A DNA stretch of 63,440 bases, filler included, from Rhabdomonas costata (GCA_019059605.1; 49 parts of 49 records of this genome joined end to end with filler, not necessarily neighbours in it); one strand, 5' to 3'. Shown: positions 25,392 through 38,599, numbered from the whole stretch's first letter. Translations and numbers: made by a program. The notes: a model not told the origin generated them from the letters alone.

Positions 25392-28300
25392 CTGTGAACG
25401 GGCAGCGGTGTAGGCGACGCCCTTGGTTCGGGAAGGGATTTGGAGAAGCGAATGAGGAGACGCGAAATATACCCCAAAGGAGAAATCGTAGTGCCTGTTC
25501 ACCTCCTCAGCTCAAAAAAGAGGCGACAGGCAAGAGGGCAACAAAAAAAAAGAGCCAGGCGAACAAAGAAAATCAAGATACTTGGGTATTTGTGGCGTCC
25601 CTCTCTCTTTCCGGGCGAAGGCCACTAAAATTCCAATGGTGCCAATTACATCGCTCGGTTTCCCAACACTGCGTGTCTGTGCGTGCGTACATCCGCATGT
25701 GGGGCATGCTTAATTTTCCTCCCGGATGCCTGCTTCATTCATCAAAAAGGGAGCACAAAAAATGAAGCAAGAATTCCATATTGGGCACCCGATTGGGCGC
25801 TTAAAGCGGCGAAATGTCGCAGAGGATGGCTGCACCCCAAANNNNNNNNNNNNNNNNNNNNNNNNNNNNNNNNNNNNNNNNNNNNTTAATTAATTAANNN
25901 NNNNNNNNNNNNNNNNNNNNNNNNNNNNNNNNNNNNNNNNNGGGGGGTGGGGCCCCAGACTGCGCCGTTGAGAATATAAGGTGACCACGAAACCATGGCA
26001 GGCGCGGGAAGTCCAGATTACAAGGGAGGTGAACTGTGAAGCGGGATCAGCGGCATTGACCGAAAGGAAAGGGGTGGGGGTGAAAAGTGTCTGTGCACCA
26101 AAGCGAAAGCCAGCAACCTCTGCCGTTCTCATTTTTCGACAGATCTGGAGACGTTTTGCATGAAGCCGAGGCAGACAGCAGCTAAAACGGAAGAGAATAA
26201 AAACTGGAAACACTGAACTGGGGGGAGGAGCAAAGGGACTGTACAGAAAGGGTTGCTTGAAGAAAAGCGCACACATCCTAAACCCACCGGTTCCGCCTCG
26301 TGGGCACGCTGTGCATGCCACCAGCTCTCTCTCTGTCTCTCTCTCCTTACAACCACATGGTGCCGGTTGTTTGCAAAAGACCCCAAACGTGTGCATTAGC
26401 CTACACAACCCAAAGAGTGTGCTTGGGCATTCCGGTGTCCTTCCTTTCCTTGCGTTGCCACCCCGGCTGGCGGGAGCAATGTTTCGATGCGTCGCACGCA
26501 CGCATGCCAGTGCGCGGCCATACAAACTAAAGCGGGGAGAAAAAAAGAGGAACAAGCTTACAGCAAATGCATGGCCCCGTTACCAACGAACAGAGGGGGG
26601 CATCGGCGCGTGCTGTGAGTGAGCATGTATGTGTAGGTGTAGGTGGGTGGAAGCGGCAAGACAGCCCATTGCTTGACCCTTCGCTCTGATCTCTCCCCTG
26701 TTGTCGGGTGAATGCAATGAGTGACAAAGGCAGAATCCCTTCTGCACAAGTGCCCTGCGCTCGCCTTCCTCCCGCCGAGTCGCTGGTGCTTGTCCGTGTC
26801 TTTAGCGCAGTATTACGAAATACTACATCCCTTCCCTTTACCGCAACCCCGTCACCAAAACATTGCTTACAGCAATCCCAATCGCAAACACAGCCACTCG
26901 GAAAGGACACACGCCACAGCACCACACAGCAACTGATCCACCAACGCTTCACTACAACGAGGGAATAACTTAGGTATTCGCGCACACACAGACGCTACGC
27001 AACACATACATCCACGGACGCACACGGCCCGCAGCAATCGTGCAAAGTGCAAAAAGCGGGGGGCGAACAAGGGCAAGAAAAAAAAGAGAAGGGCGTAGGG
27101 AGACAAACGGAAAGGGTAGCCCAGTCGTAGCCTTTGCNNNNNNNNNNNNNNNNNNNNNNNNNNNNNNNNNNNNNNNNNNNNTTAATTAATTAANNNNNNN
27201 NNNNNNNNNNNNNNNNNNNNNNNNNNNNNNNNNNNNNTGTTTTTTTGCCTGTTCGTCCTCTTTCCACCGCATTCATCTCTGTGATCGGCCCACCAACAAC
27301 AGTAGCGGCGGCAGCAACCCTCGTGGAGGACTCGCAGCAGCTCAGCACAGTTGGCGATTGCAAGGCTGCACCGAGCGAGGTCCTCTTCCACAAGGCTGAC
27401 GTCGCGCGGCGTGAGTGCCAAGTTTAGCGCGAAGAGGTTTGTGGCCAAATGTCGGCCGGAACTGTCATTTGTGCGTAAAAACAATCTTTTGGGCGCTTCC
27501 GGAATATGTTCGTGTGTTGGGGGCATTGTTTTGGATTTGGACACCGCTCTGATTGCCTCGGTATTGAACTCGCCATTTTTTAGGGTTGTACCAGGATGGT
27601 TCACGGGCTAAGAAGGATATTCGTTGGGGAAAATAGACCGAAAGCCAAATACCGCACCCAGAAACTGCACTTTTTTTCGCTCCCCTTGACCTCTCAAATT
27701 ATAAAGTTGAGTAAATCGGTCCCTTGGAGGACTTGGAGTGAGTCCGGAGTTTTTGCCAGAAATCTGCCATCAGAAGCTAAAAATGGTCGAATCGAAGCTC
27801 CAAAGCGTGTTTTTCGTGTTCCCCTTGTTCAGTACTTGATTGGTGGGGGTTCGCCGTATCGAATGGTTCGCAGTGCCCCCTGCCACCACCTGCGCATGTC
27901 AGCCGTTAGGCAAGCGCTTGTGTTTGGTTCATTGCTCTCACAGGATACATTGTGGGGGCCGCAGAGTTGGCTGGTGCCCTCGGGAACTGGATGTTGTCGG
28001 GGCCAACCTTCAACCTTACCCTTCGGTGTGTGCGGAGACGTGAATTGGAGCATAAGCAAAGAGACCGGAGACGGAAGAAAAGGCGCGTTCCTCTGAAGAT
28101 TTCTTGTGGGCATTGGCCGACCGTGAAGGAAAGCACTCACCCCACACCCGGAACAGAAGCAAAAATGAGGCGAAACGGCCATGTTTTGGTCTTTATCGAG
28201 CCTCATTTGATGGTGCGGGTCCCCTTCACCCCAACGGTCAATGTTAGAGTGCAGGATGGGAAGATGCCGTGCATTCAATATTGCTCAACATTGAGCGTTG

Positions 28301-29574
28301 GGGGAGAATAAATTGATGACCCTGGAAGGAAACTTTCTTAATCGAGTTTTGCCATGTGAAACCACCTAATTTTGACCAAAAACATAAAATGACACAAAAT
28401 CCGTCCTTAGCCGAGCAGACTGGATCCGTCTCCANNNNNNNNNNNNNNNNNNNNNNNNNNNNNNNNNNNNNNNNNNNNTTAATTAATTAANNNNNNNNNN
28501 NNNNNNNNNNNNNNNNNNNNNNNNNNNNNNNNNNGGGAGTTTGTATAGCCGGCAAGGATTGGGGGTAGGCTGCGCCACGTCCCAGAGCTTGCCCGCGGTC
28601 CTTGTAGTAGGTGCGGCCCCCGATGTTCACCAGCCAGTCCGAGGTGGCTGAGCGCCCCCGGTACGCGGAACGAGCAGCTGGGGCCGGGGGTTGCTCTGGG
28701 TAGGTGGGCGGAGCCAGAAGGGCAGGAGGCACTTGTAGGCGGAGGGCACTAAAAACTGGGCCTGTAGCTGGGTCATTTGTGTGTAGAGCTTATGCGCCCG
28801 CCCAAGGGGGGCGGGGGAGACTCCGAGTTGGAGCCGTGGACGGCTCCCGCCTTCGCAGTGGGCGGTCATTTTGACGGGATATGAGGCAATAAGGGGGAGG
28901 TTGGACGAGTGAAATGAGGTGCAACGGAAAATTCTAATCAGGGTCAGGGAAAATCAAAGAGGATCAGGGAAAAAACCATACAAAGCATGCAGAGCATACA
29001 ATGGTCCCTTGCCTCCATCCCTATGCTCGGCCTTGTGGATTTCCTTGAGATGAGCCCTCTTGCAATTTTGGCCCGACCACTTCCCGTTGCGTTCGAAGAG
29101 GACGTGTTCTGTTGGAGACATCCTCGGCAGTGTCAACTATTGTGTTTTGAAAGAGGATGGTGACACCGACACACAAATTCCAAGTCTGGGTCCCGATTCC
29201 TGTGGCCGAGATAGGAGATAAAAAACCTACCAGACAGGTTAACTAAATTGCTGTTCTCCCACATGGATTAGGATTAAAGGGAATATTTGTCATACAAATA
29301 TGGCAGATCCACAACAGACCCATAGAAATATGGCAGAACCACAACATCGGGGTGACCTGCCATGTGCGTTGCATCTGCAGGGGAAAGGGCGAAATGGAAA
29401 CCATAAATATTTACTGGAATTACACTTGGCTGACATCAGAAGCCTTTGGCTTGACTTCCGCACCTCTTGTCGTTGATTTCAGTGACATGGTATTTTCCAG
29501 AGACAAAGAGCACGAATCTATGCACAGGAGCATTTATAATCTGCCTGTGAACTGCATTTGCGCGTGTAAACGCA

Positions 29575-29726
29575 TTTGTTTAAATCACAACCACACACGT
29601 AGTTAATATCAAGCATATATAAGTACAATTATACGGTACATTACATTACATTACATTATACAGTTTACTGCACAGAAAACCTAAGTGCTTGATATTAACT
29701 ACGTGTGCGGTTGTAATTTAAACAAA
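29575..29726. repeat. 41-bp inverted repeat (2 mismatches) at contig end
   Basis: 29575-29615 pairs with 29686-29726. The 70-nt loop contains (TTACA)x3. Confidence 0.85.
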
Positions 29727-32152
29727 CCACNNNNNNNNNNNNNNNNNNNNNNNNNNNNNNNNNNNNNNNNNNNNTTAATTAATTAANNNNNNNNNNNNNN
29801 NNNNNNNNNNNNNNNNNNNNNNNNNNNNNNGTGTGTTTGTTGTTATCAGGGTTTATCATGCAAGTGTTTTGGTGCCAGAGGTGGTCAGTGGCATGCGCGG
29901 ACCGGTTCGAGTGCGTTTTGGTAGGGAAGGTCATTTGCATTAGGTCCTATTCAATACACGTTGTGCTTGAAATGTTTCCGTGCTAATAGGATATGACAAT
30001 GTGACTCCGATCTACCCGCAGTGCGAGATGCGGTGCGTTGTGCGGTGTGGTTTGATGGTACCGCCTGTTCGTGGCGGTTGAGTCTGCTTGTTAGCTCGTT
30101 TGCTTGCGGTCGTGTACACTAACGGTGGGAAGGCGATGATGTTAACTTTTGAGCTGCGTTGCGATCCCGGAAGTTTATTCACCAGCCCTCCCCTTCTTTG
30201 CCATCGCCTTTTCCTCAGAGCAGCACATCACAACGTAGGCTGGCTTGACTCCTGTTGACGTCTGCCTTTCCGTCTGCTTTCCGTCTCGTCCCTCCCCTTC
30301 CCGTTCCCGACAGGATTTCGGTTGCTTCGCTTAGAACGAATTCCCTGGCTCATGCTATTGGTTTGCCTTTCACCCGGATGGTTCCCACCGCCCTTCTATG
30401 GGACAATACTTCGTTGAACCGCCTAATCGATTGTTTAGCACACATCAGTGCCCTACTCTGCTTTTCCTTCAGCTGGGCGTTCGATGTTGTGCAACCGGAT
30501 GCAAGCTTGCTGCACCAGACTAGACTGTCCCTGTCTCAGCAATGCGGCGCACGAACTGGCAATTATGTTTTGGAATTGTTTTACACTGTGGCTGGTTTTG
30601 TAGGGTGCACGACAGCGGAGGCTGTCTCCCCTACCGCATAGCTTTTCTTTTGTGGCCAGCGTTTGTCTGCTATCCCAAGAGTCCTTTTCCACCTATCGCC
30701 GGGACAGTGGAAGCCTCTCCTTTTTCAAGGGTTTTTGTTTCGTTTGGTTGGTTTCTGGCGGATTTTTGGGAATATGGTCCTCGGAGGTCTGTCAGCAGAT
30801 TGCTTTATGCTGAATGACGTGTGGTGGAGCCCCGATGGACTCTTGTGGACTCGCAGCACGGCGGCTGCGGTGTTTTCGAAGCGCTTCGCGATGTGCTGCA
30901 CTGCTTTCGGAGCACAGATGGTGCTCATCGGTGGGGTCCATTTCTAGCAGTCATTCAGGTGAGAGCCGCTTTGGAATCGAGTTGAATGTTCCAATATTCA
31001 TTTTGAAACCTCGGAAGCACAAACAACNNNNNNNNNNNNNNNNNNNNNNNNNNNNNNNNNNNNNNNNNNNNTTAATTAATTAANNNNNNNNNNNNNNNNN
31101 NNNNNNNNNNNNNNNNNNNNNNNNNNNTGTACAGAAAGTCCCGTCGTGACACTTGGGTGGATTGGGTGCATGTTGAAGTCATTTTTGTGTTCTTAGCTGT
31201 GGTGCTTCTTTTGAAGTTGGTTGTTGTGCGGGTTGTCCTTGTGAATGGAGACCGGTGCTCCCTGCAGTTTTTTTGGCTGGGTTTCGCGCCTTCTCTCAGT
31301 TTTGTGTGTACTTGTTTTTCGTGTATGGACAAAAACTTATCTGCCGCTCCGCGCAGATGGTTGTTCTTTTGGTTCTTTGTTTATGAGAGCAGGTCAAGTG
31401 GCCTTTATGGCAATTGTATATTTGGGGGGGGGGGTGTTAAGAGATTGACGGTGTAAAACGATTACCGCCGTTTTGGGACTTGCGGATCGATTGGGACAGT
31501 ATTTTTTATGGGCGGAAGCCAGCCCGCGGCTTGGCCGAAGCGAACGGATGAGATGGGGACGTACCCTAGTGCAAAAACTTGACTTTTGATGTTGGACGGT
31601 GTTAGGCGTTCACGCCATTAATTTTGGGGTCGAGAGGTTTGGGTAAACTGTTTCATTACCCACCACTGGATGACGATTCTGAAAAATTTCCCCGTAAAAC
31701 GTTGTTGAACGTTTAACCCCAAATAATGTATTTGGCCTCATAAGGAAGAGTCTGAGTGGGATAGGATTTTTCGCGAGTCTTGCAGGGGTTCAGAAACCGA
31801 TTCGCTGCGAGTCGTTGCTCTCTGGGGACTTCTCGAAAGAGGGGCATGCTTCGAGATAAATTTAGCGGACAAGTGTCTGATTTCCGAATTCGGGGGTGCG
31901 GGGGAGGGGGGGTGGTACATGGACAATTTCGCCAAACGCTGACAGTGGTTTCTTTTGTATTTATTTATTCGTGAGTGCATAGGGTTGAGAAGGGGGTTAA
32001 CGATCACCACTACGGAACTCTACCCCCTCTCCCCTACCAAAAAAACACACCAAATAAATATACCCCAATCAGGGCTTTTTTATTTCCATGTTTAGTTTTG
32101 CACCTGCACAGGCTCCCTTTGAATTGATCTCACGTTTCGTACCCTGTCGACG

Positions 32153-32324
32153 ATGCATGCCGAGGCCGTCCCGGAGTCCCCCGCCAAGCCTCCCGACTCG
32201 TCCGCACCCACATCCCCAGCAATGCCTTCCTCTCTCGGCGCGGGATTTCCCGTAGACTGCCTGCACTCGATCTTCAGCTTTGCCCGCAGCCACCGCTCTG
32301 TGTGTGGGGTTTGCCGGCAGTGGC
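32153..32324 (+). CDS. F-box protein, N-terminus
   Basis: ATG at 32153, a Pro/Ser-rich leader, then FPVDCLHSIFSFARSHRSVCGVCRQW (LP.+.L..IFS+......+..VC+.W). A pyrimidine tract plus CAG lies shortly upstream. Confidence 0.7.
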
Positions 32325-33721
32325 NNNNNNNNNNNNNNNNNNNNNNNNNNNNNNNNNNNNNNNNNNNNTTAATTAATTAANNNNNNNNNNNNNNNNNNNN
32401 NNNNNNNNNNNNNNNNNNNNNNNNCTGAGCTTGGAGCATATCCGCATATCCGCGATTCCTCGCTTCTGTGTACGAGAACCAGATTTCGGCCAGCACATCT
32501 TTTGGTGTCGGCAAGTGTGTGCGGCCAGTAGGTTTGCTTTTGTTATATTGGCGCGTTGAGTTCCAACGTCGGGTCCCGCCAATGGCATTGTAGGTCAATT
32601 GTTTCATAAATTGCTGCGGAAGTAGCTCCCCCACCGCAGTCGCGATGCGAGGGCATGTTTTTTTTGCATAGCAAGGGCAGCCGAGTTGGGCCCGAGAGCG
32701 ATTCGTCTTCCGTCGATGTCCCCCCTGTGGGTCACATCCCTCCTTTCACGTTCCCGCCCAAGCGGTCCGTGTGGCGGAAGCTGCGAATGCGCTCCCGAGA
32801 GTAAGTGGGCCACCAAAACTCCACATCCGGCTTGCGAAATCGATTGTGCTCATCCATTGTGTACACTGCACGCGAGTGCGAATGCGTGAACAGCTGATTT
32901 GCTGCTCGCGCGGGTCTCAGTTCGGTTTGTGTGAATATGCCGTTTGTGAGTTATGTACCCTTTACCCGCCTTTTTCCTATTCACCGTAAATGGAGTCCAG
33001 TCAGCGATGGAGACTCTTCTTTCAATTGCATCTCCAATTCAGTACCAGCGCTGCCCTTGACTCCTCTCTTCTCCCGTTTTTGTGGGGTGTATTTTCAAAT
33101 TTCGTCTGGGGGTGTGCCGTCATGTGCCATCCCTTTTCTGTTTCCACTCGCCAAGTCTCGCTCACGGCCGCGCCGCAGTGCGACGCTTCCACGTCCGCTA
33201 TTGCGCTGCAAATGGGCTAATCCATTTTATTGTGTTGTGCCTTTACTGTCTTTTGGGGGGGATTCGGTTTTGCTCTGTGTTTTCTTTTCACTCTTTTCAT
33301 CTGTACGACGATGCGGTGTATGCCGCTGCTCCCTTTCTTTTCTTCTCTGCTTCCGGTGTCCATCTTGCATCCCAGCTGCTTTGTACTCTCACACGATGGT
33401 TCGTGGTTCCTTGGCATTGTGACCAGCCGTGGCTTGATGTCCCGGTCCACTGTACATGTATGCCGCTGCAACCGCAAGCACTCGCAAGAATGTTAGTTTC
33501 GAAGGCAATTTGGGCCCAAGGTGGGGGATAGCACGGAAAGGGAAACAGTATCTTTTGCTTCTATAATTCAATCATTGTTTGCGTTGCTGCACAAGCCAGC
33601 TTAAATGACCGACATCCTCCCNNNNNNNNNNNNNNNNNNNNNNNNNNNNNNNNNNNNNNNNNNNNTTAATTAATTAANNNNNNNNNNNNNNNNNNNNNNN
33701 NNNNNNNNNNNNNNNNNNNNN

Positions 33722-34460
33722 GTGGGTTTGTTGCGCAGCGCGGACTTCGCGGCGCGTGTCCAACCCGAGATCGGGCGCAAGTGCCAATGGCCACGTCGGT
33801 GGCTGGGCTGAGTCCGCTCGACTGGCCGAAGGGGGGGAGTTGCTCCACAACTGCCTCATGCCTGGGGTGGAAGTCCATTTTTTGCAGCAGACGAAGTGGT
33901 TACCAAACCGGTCGGCCGCCGATTGGCAGAAGGGGCAGGCGATGGGGTCAGCTTCGTCCGAAGAGTTCGACGACACCATGGCCAAGCCACCACCGGAGCA
34001 GAATCCGAAAGAGGTTGGAGTTCGAGGCCAATTGCTCGGGAGGGAACTACGCGGAGCCACGCGCCAACGCTGGGGAAGTCCTGACACTGCAGCCTCACGA
34101 GGTCACGCCCGCCGAGCAGAATTCGCACCTCTCACGTGTATCTTCTCCGTCCACCACTTCTGGGACAGTTAGATTTGGGGCGCTTCTGGCAGCGCCTTCT
34201 CAACAAGCCACTGGCGGGGGACACAACACTGCGCGGAAATCGCCTGGCACAGATAGGCCAAGGTATCCGATGGGACTGCAGTCCAACCTTCAGGAGATGT
34301 TTAGGGATCACCAGGTGGCAAGCCCTCCGTCGCGAACCGTACCACCCAGTGAAGACCGGTTATACTGCCGCAGCGCTTTGGACACCCAGTCCTCAGTGCT
34401 TGAGGGGGAGCGTGACCTGCAGCTTAGTGCCGCTTTGGGGAGCTTGAGGCTCAACACACC
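33722..34460 (-). mobile_element. Decayed CRE-clade (RLE-type) non-LTR retrotransposon, C-terminal part of ORF
   Basis: Motifs occur in order across stops and frameshifts: LQVTLPLKH*GLGV (~34422-34381), QKWWTEKIH, RDLVRLQCQDFPSVGAWLRVVPSRAIGLEL, FRILLRWWLG (~34010-33981), CPFCQSAADRFGNHFVCC (CCHC knuckle), RHEAVV. Confidence 0.8.
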
Positions 34461-36882
34461 ATCGCTTTTTAAAATAATTTGATATTAAAAAAATACACTT
34501 TAAAAAATTTCATCTCATTTTTCCCTTTTGATACTTCAAGATATGGGAAAAACAACCAGAAGACGGCATGTTTTTATCAGGAAACCATACAAAACGCAAA
34601 TGGCGAAAGTCGACTTTGTGCTTCCTTCCAAAGGTCGTGTGTGTTTGTGATCAAATGTGTGAATTTTTATTGTTTTCGAAGTTTTCATGGGAGCAGGAAA
34701 ATAGATATATTCCACTTCCAAGAGATTCGCCAAACCCTGAGACACAGAAGCACCGAAGGCCAATCCAACACCAAACTCCACACCCACCAAAGGCACAACC
34801 CCAACATCCAACTTCAACCCCAAGTCACCACCCACACCCGACGCGCACCCCAGCACTAACGGAAACCACCACGCACCACCAGATCCCACATGAAGTCCGC
34901 TAGAACCCACACCAACNNNNNNNNNNNNNNNNNNNNNNNNNNNNNNNNNNNNNNNNNNNNTTAATTAATTAANNNNNNNNNNNNNNNNNNNNNNNNNNNN
35001 NNNNNNNNNNNNNNNNAGCCGAACAAGAGCATGAAGAAGAATCCCACGAATCGTGCACGCAGGTGATGGAATGAAATTGCTCGGCCCACGGCACTGCCAA
35101 AGAAAGGAGAAAACCGTGGCGGCATGAACACGCACGAACCACACAACGGCAAAGCTGCAGCGGCGCTCGAAAAAAGCGCAAGCACGCAGAGAGCGCAAAC
35201 CACACATATACACAGCAGCTAACCCCGGAAATACAAGGCCGCAGCCTGAAGGGTAGGTGCCGTGGTCATCGCGCATAGCTCTTTGCTTTCTCGGAAACAT
35301 CGGCCCATCCCCCATCCCAAAACTCCCTGCCAGGTTACACAGAAGAGTTACTTTAGTTGTTCACAACGATGGGCTGGGCCAACTCTTCACTCGCATTAGC
35401 TGCAACCAAGAGTGTTTCGACAGGCACAGCGCCAACAGTACTTGTATGGTTTATACGTTTTGCAGCCGTGTATGCATCGCGAAAGAATTAGAAGAGGCAG
35501 CAAAGCTCTTATCGGACCTGCATACAGAGAGAGCATACAAACCTGACGTTTCGTGGGATGGGGACTTGTCCTTTGCCAAATGTCCTCGCTACACAACATG
35601 GGAACCTGTTTTTCCTGTTTCCATTATGTACCCAAGAGTCCGGGCAAAATGGTACCAAAGAAAGCGTAGAGCCACCAGGTTTTAAAAGCAATGAACGAAT
35701 TCAGTTCAGAGAAACTCATGAACCTCCTTACCAGTCCATCGTGTGGGCGCGAATGGTCAGCCAGATGCCAGGGAATCGTAAACCCCGAATCATCCAAAGC
35801 TAAAACAGAAAGCTGGTGCGCAGGCGCGCGAGTAGGTCAAACCCCAGTTTCAAGTAGCTCTCGGGAACGCGGCGCGGACAAGAAAAGAATCGCATCATGG
35901 ATGGGAATCAAAAGGGATGTTTCCTTACCTCTTTTGGCCGCCGAACACCCAGCGCAGTACGGGCACTTCTGTCTGCCATCTGAAACAGAGGTGGCGAGCA
36001 AAGCAGGGGGAGGAACCCGCAGCTTTGGAGCTCAGCTCCCAACCAATTGCCCCCCTTTGGCTTCCAATTCTGTTGCGTGGCGTGCAAGGGTGCTTGCAAC
36101 ACGATTCAAAGTAACACAGCCACCACAAAAGCGCCGTTCGATACAACTGCAAAGGCTCGTTCACTGCTGAAATGGGCTGCTATACGTGGGCACTGCAGTT
36201 CCGACTGAGGTCGNNNNNNNNNNNNNNNNNNNNNNNNNNNNNNNNNNNNNNNNNNNNTTAATTAATTAANNNNNNNNNNNNNNNNNNNNNNNNNNNNNNN
36301 NNNNNNNNNNNNNTTGTGTGTGTCAGTGTGCAGTGGTTTGGAAGCAGCGATGTGTAGCTGTGCGTTGCGCACAGCTCTGCTGCTGCTACACACGTGTGTG
36401 AGGATGTTAGTGGACGGCAAGATCCAAGTGCATTTCGGAAGTGTCGTGGGATGAGTTGACCCCTTTGCAGCAACAAGCCGAGGGTGAGATTGCGCTTAAA
36501 AGAAATACAAGGCAATTGATGCACGTGTGCCAAGAGTTGGCAAGAGGTGGGATTTGACAGAAGGCTCGATTTTTTTTATCATTTTCGCTTCTTCTTTCAT
36601 TTCACACTTGCAGCCCCCCGCAGCTTTGCGAGCGCTGCTGCTTGTGAGCATCTGATTTAAACATGAAAAGAATGTCAGCATTCATTTTTTGAGAACCCTG
36701 CAAAGGCCAGCGCGTCCTTGCTTCCCGTGCCCCATTGGTGGAATAATAACCAGCCAGAATTTCAGTCTCATCTGTGAGGAAAGCTCACATTCACTTCCAG
36801 TGCAGGATGTTTTTCTTCGAATATTTTTGGATGGAACAGGCGAGACATTTGTCAACGTGGCAATGGAGAAAATTCCGCGCAC

Positions 36883-37264
36883 GCATGACATCGGAGGGCG
36901 GTAAGGTGTTTGCCACACAGCCGGCATGGCAGAGATCTTGACTATCGTGACTATCGTGCGAGATCGGAAAAGTACGCGATGGCCGATTCGTGTGATTCTT
37001 CAAGTGCACAAAGTTGGAGAATTGGATAAAGGGCGGGAATTCGGTGCAATTAGATTCGTCTACTACCTGATCACGAAAGCGGTGTACAGTCACAAGCCCA
37101 CCTACCCTGATTTGAGGCGCTCCGTTGCCGCAATGGTGGCTCATGCGGTGAGTCACAATGTGCGTCAGTTGGCGATGCCTCTAATCGGGTGCGGGCTGGA
37201 CGGGCTGGAGTGGCCCCAAGTCAAGGCGATCGTGGCCGAGGAGTTCGCCCCGACAGAGATTCAG
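36883..37264 (+). CDS. OARD1: TARG1/OARD1-type macrodomain (ADP-ribose glycohydrolase), partial
   Basis: Exon 37054-37264 reads RFVYYLITKAVYSHKPTYPDLRRSVAAMVAHAVSHNVRQLAMPLIGCGLDGLEWPQVKAIVAEEFAPTEIQ, with the YYLITK, KPTY and MP.IGCGLD.L.W signatures. A probable short upstream exon ends at 36900 (donor GTAAGG). Confidence 0.9.
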
Positions 37265-37828
37265 GCATTCCTTCTTTTTCAGGCCTTGTTCCTTTCCTCA
37301 CCACCGGTGAATGTTCTAAGAGACACCACTTTGGAGGAGAAACGGGGTAATGTTGCTTCCTTTATTTATTCCCCTTGCACCTGCACACTCCTCAAAAACC
37401 TTTTTTCTGCTATGCCTTTGTATGCTCAGCATCAAGTAACCTGTTCTGCTGATTTTACTGAATGTACACTGATGATGTTTTTTTTTGGGGACAAGGGGGT
37501 TCCAAAAAANNNNNNNNNNNNNNNNNNNNNNNNNNNNNNNNNNNNNNNNNNNNTTAATTAATTAANNNNNNNNNNNNNNNNNNNNNNNNNNNNNNNNNNN
37601 NNNNNNNNNGGGTTTGGGTGTCGAAAAAACAAAGAAGAAAGGTCAGCGAAGTCAGAACAAAGTCATAGCGAGCGCAGTATGCAAGAAAAAGTAACATGCT
37701 GCTCACAGTGTTTGCAAACAAAACAAGCAGACACAAAAGCGCGTGAAGGTGTATCTTGAAGCAAGGCCCAAAACCAGCCCGCCAATTTGTACTGCGACCA
37801 ACAATATGCGGTGGAGGGGGGATCGGAC

Positions 37829-38599
37829 CGGTCTTTAGGTCCCACACGCGGACGGTCTTATCCCACGCCGAGGATGCCAAGAAGGCTCCCGAGGGCGAGA
37901 ACGCCACGGCCTCCACTCGGTCCAAGTGATGGAAGGTGTGCAGGCAAACACCTGCGGAGAGATTAAGGCAATCGATACGGCTGAGATCGAATGCAGAGGG
38001 AAAAAGAAACTTGATCACCAACGAGCATTTCCACCTCGCTCGCATTTGCCCGCCGCCCCACGCCGAATGATTCACTAGTACAGCTCAGTCCTTGGAAAGG
38101 TACCGTATAGCGGTGGAAAGTCTCTCAAGCATATATAGCGGATACACCAGTGTTAGCCATAGCAGCAGTTTTCATTCGGATAATAATTCACAGCATGAGC
38201 AGGGTGCAAGGAAGTGAGGAGAAAATAGTGACATTAAGCGCAGAAGCATTCATGTGGGTTGCAATGAACAGAAAATGGAGAACGAAAAAAAGGCGAGCAA
38301 ACGGGCAGCACAACAGAAGGAAAATGGCAACGCTGGTCCAAATGCGTCTCACGAGTGACTGAGGGTGAGAGCAACAAATGCTTTCCCGAAACACCAACAG
38401 AGAATCGACCCATGTGCAGTCCTGTGAAAAGGTGACGCCAAGGCAAGAAAAAAATGCACACCTGTGGCGGGGTTCCAGACGCACACCGTCTTGTCCCAGG
38501 ACCCGGAGGCCAGCAGGCCACCGTCTGAGGAGTACCTCACCACGGGGATCTGGCCCTGGTGGGCCCCAAAGCTGCGCAGCAAGCTCTGCTTCCCCGGAC
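37829..38599 (-). CDS. WD40-repeat protein, partial (2 exons)
   Basis: Exons 38599-38462 and 37951-37829 give FGAHQGQIPVVRYSSDGGLLASGSWDKTVCVWNPAT|GVCLHTFHHLDRVEAVAFSPSGAFLASSAWDKTVRVWDLKT. Confidence 0.92.

Noticed and set aside
25890..27137. Long overlapping ORFs (e.g. 221 aa on the minus strand)
   Set aside because: Low-complexity, Cys/Phe/Arg-rich translations from TG/CT-rich UTR- or intron-like DNA, with no motifs or exon-like codon bias. The same applies to 48272-48946 and 51912-52493.
27661..27685. TTTTTTTCG resembling the 3' end of a euglenid spliced leader
   Set aside because: It is not followed by a GT donor and the upstream sequence does not resemble an SL exon.
29291..29346. Short tandem duplications (also 9757-9783, 19976-20011) and a small palindrome near 58384-58404
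   Set aside because: These are two-copy local duplications typical of intronic slippage, with no further structure.
33781..34482. 233-aa + strand ORF, the longest in the track
   Set aside because: It has no recognisable motifs and is the antisense shadow of the CRE-like retrotransposon relic.
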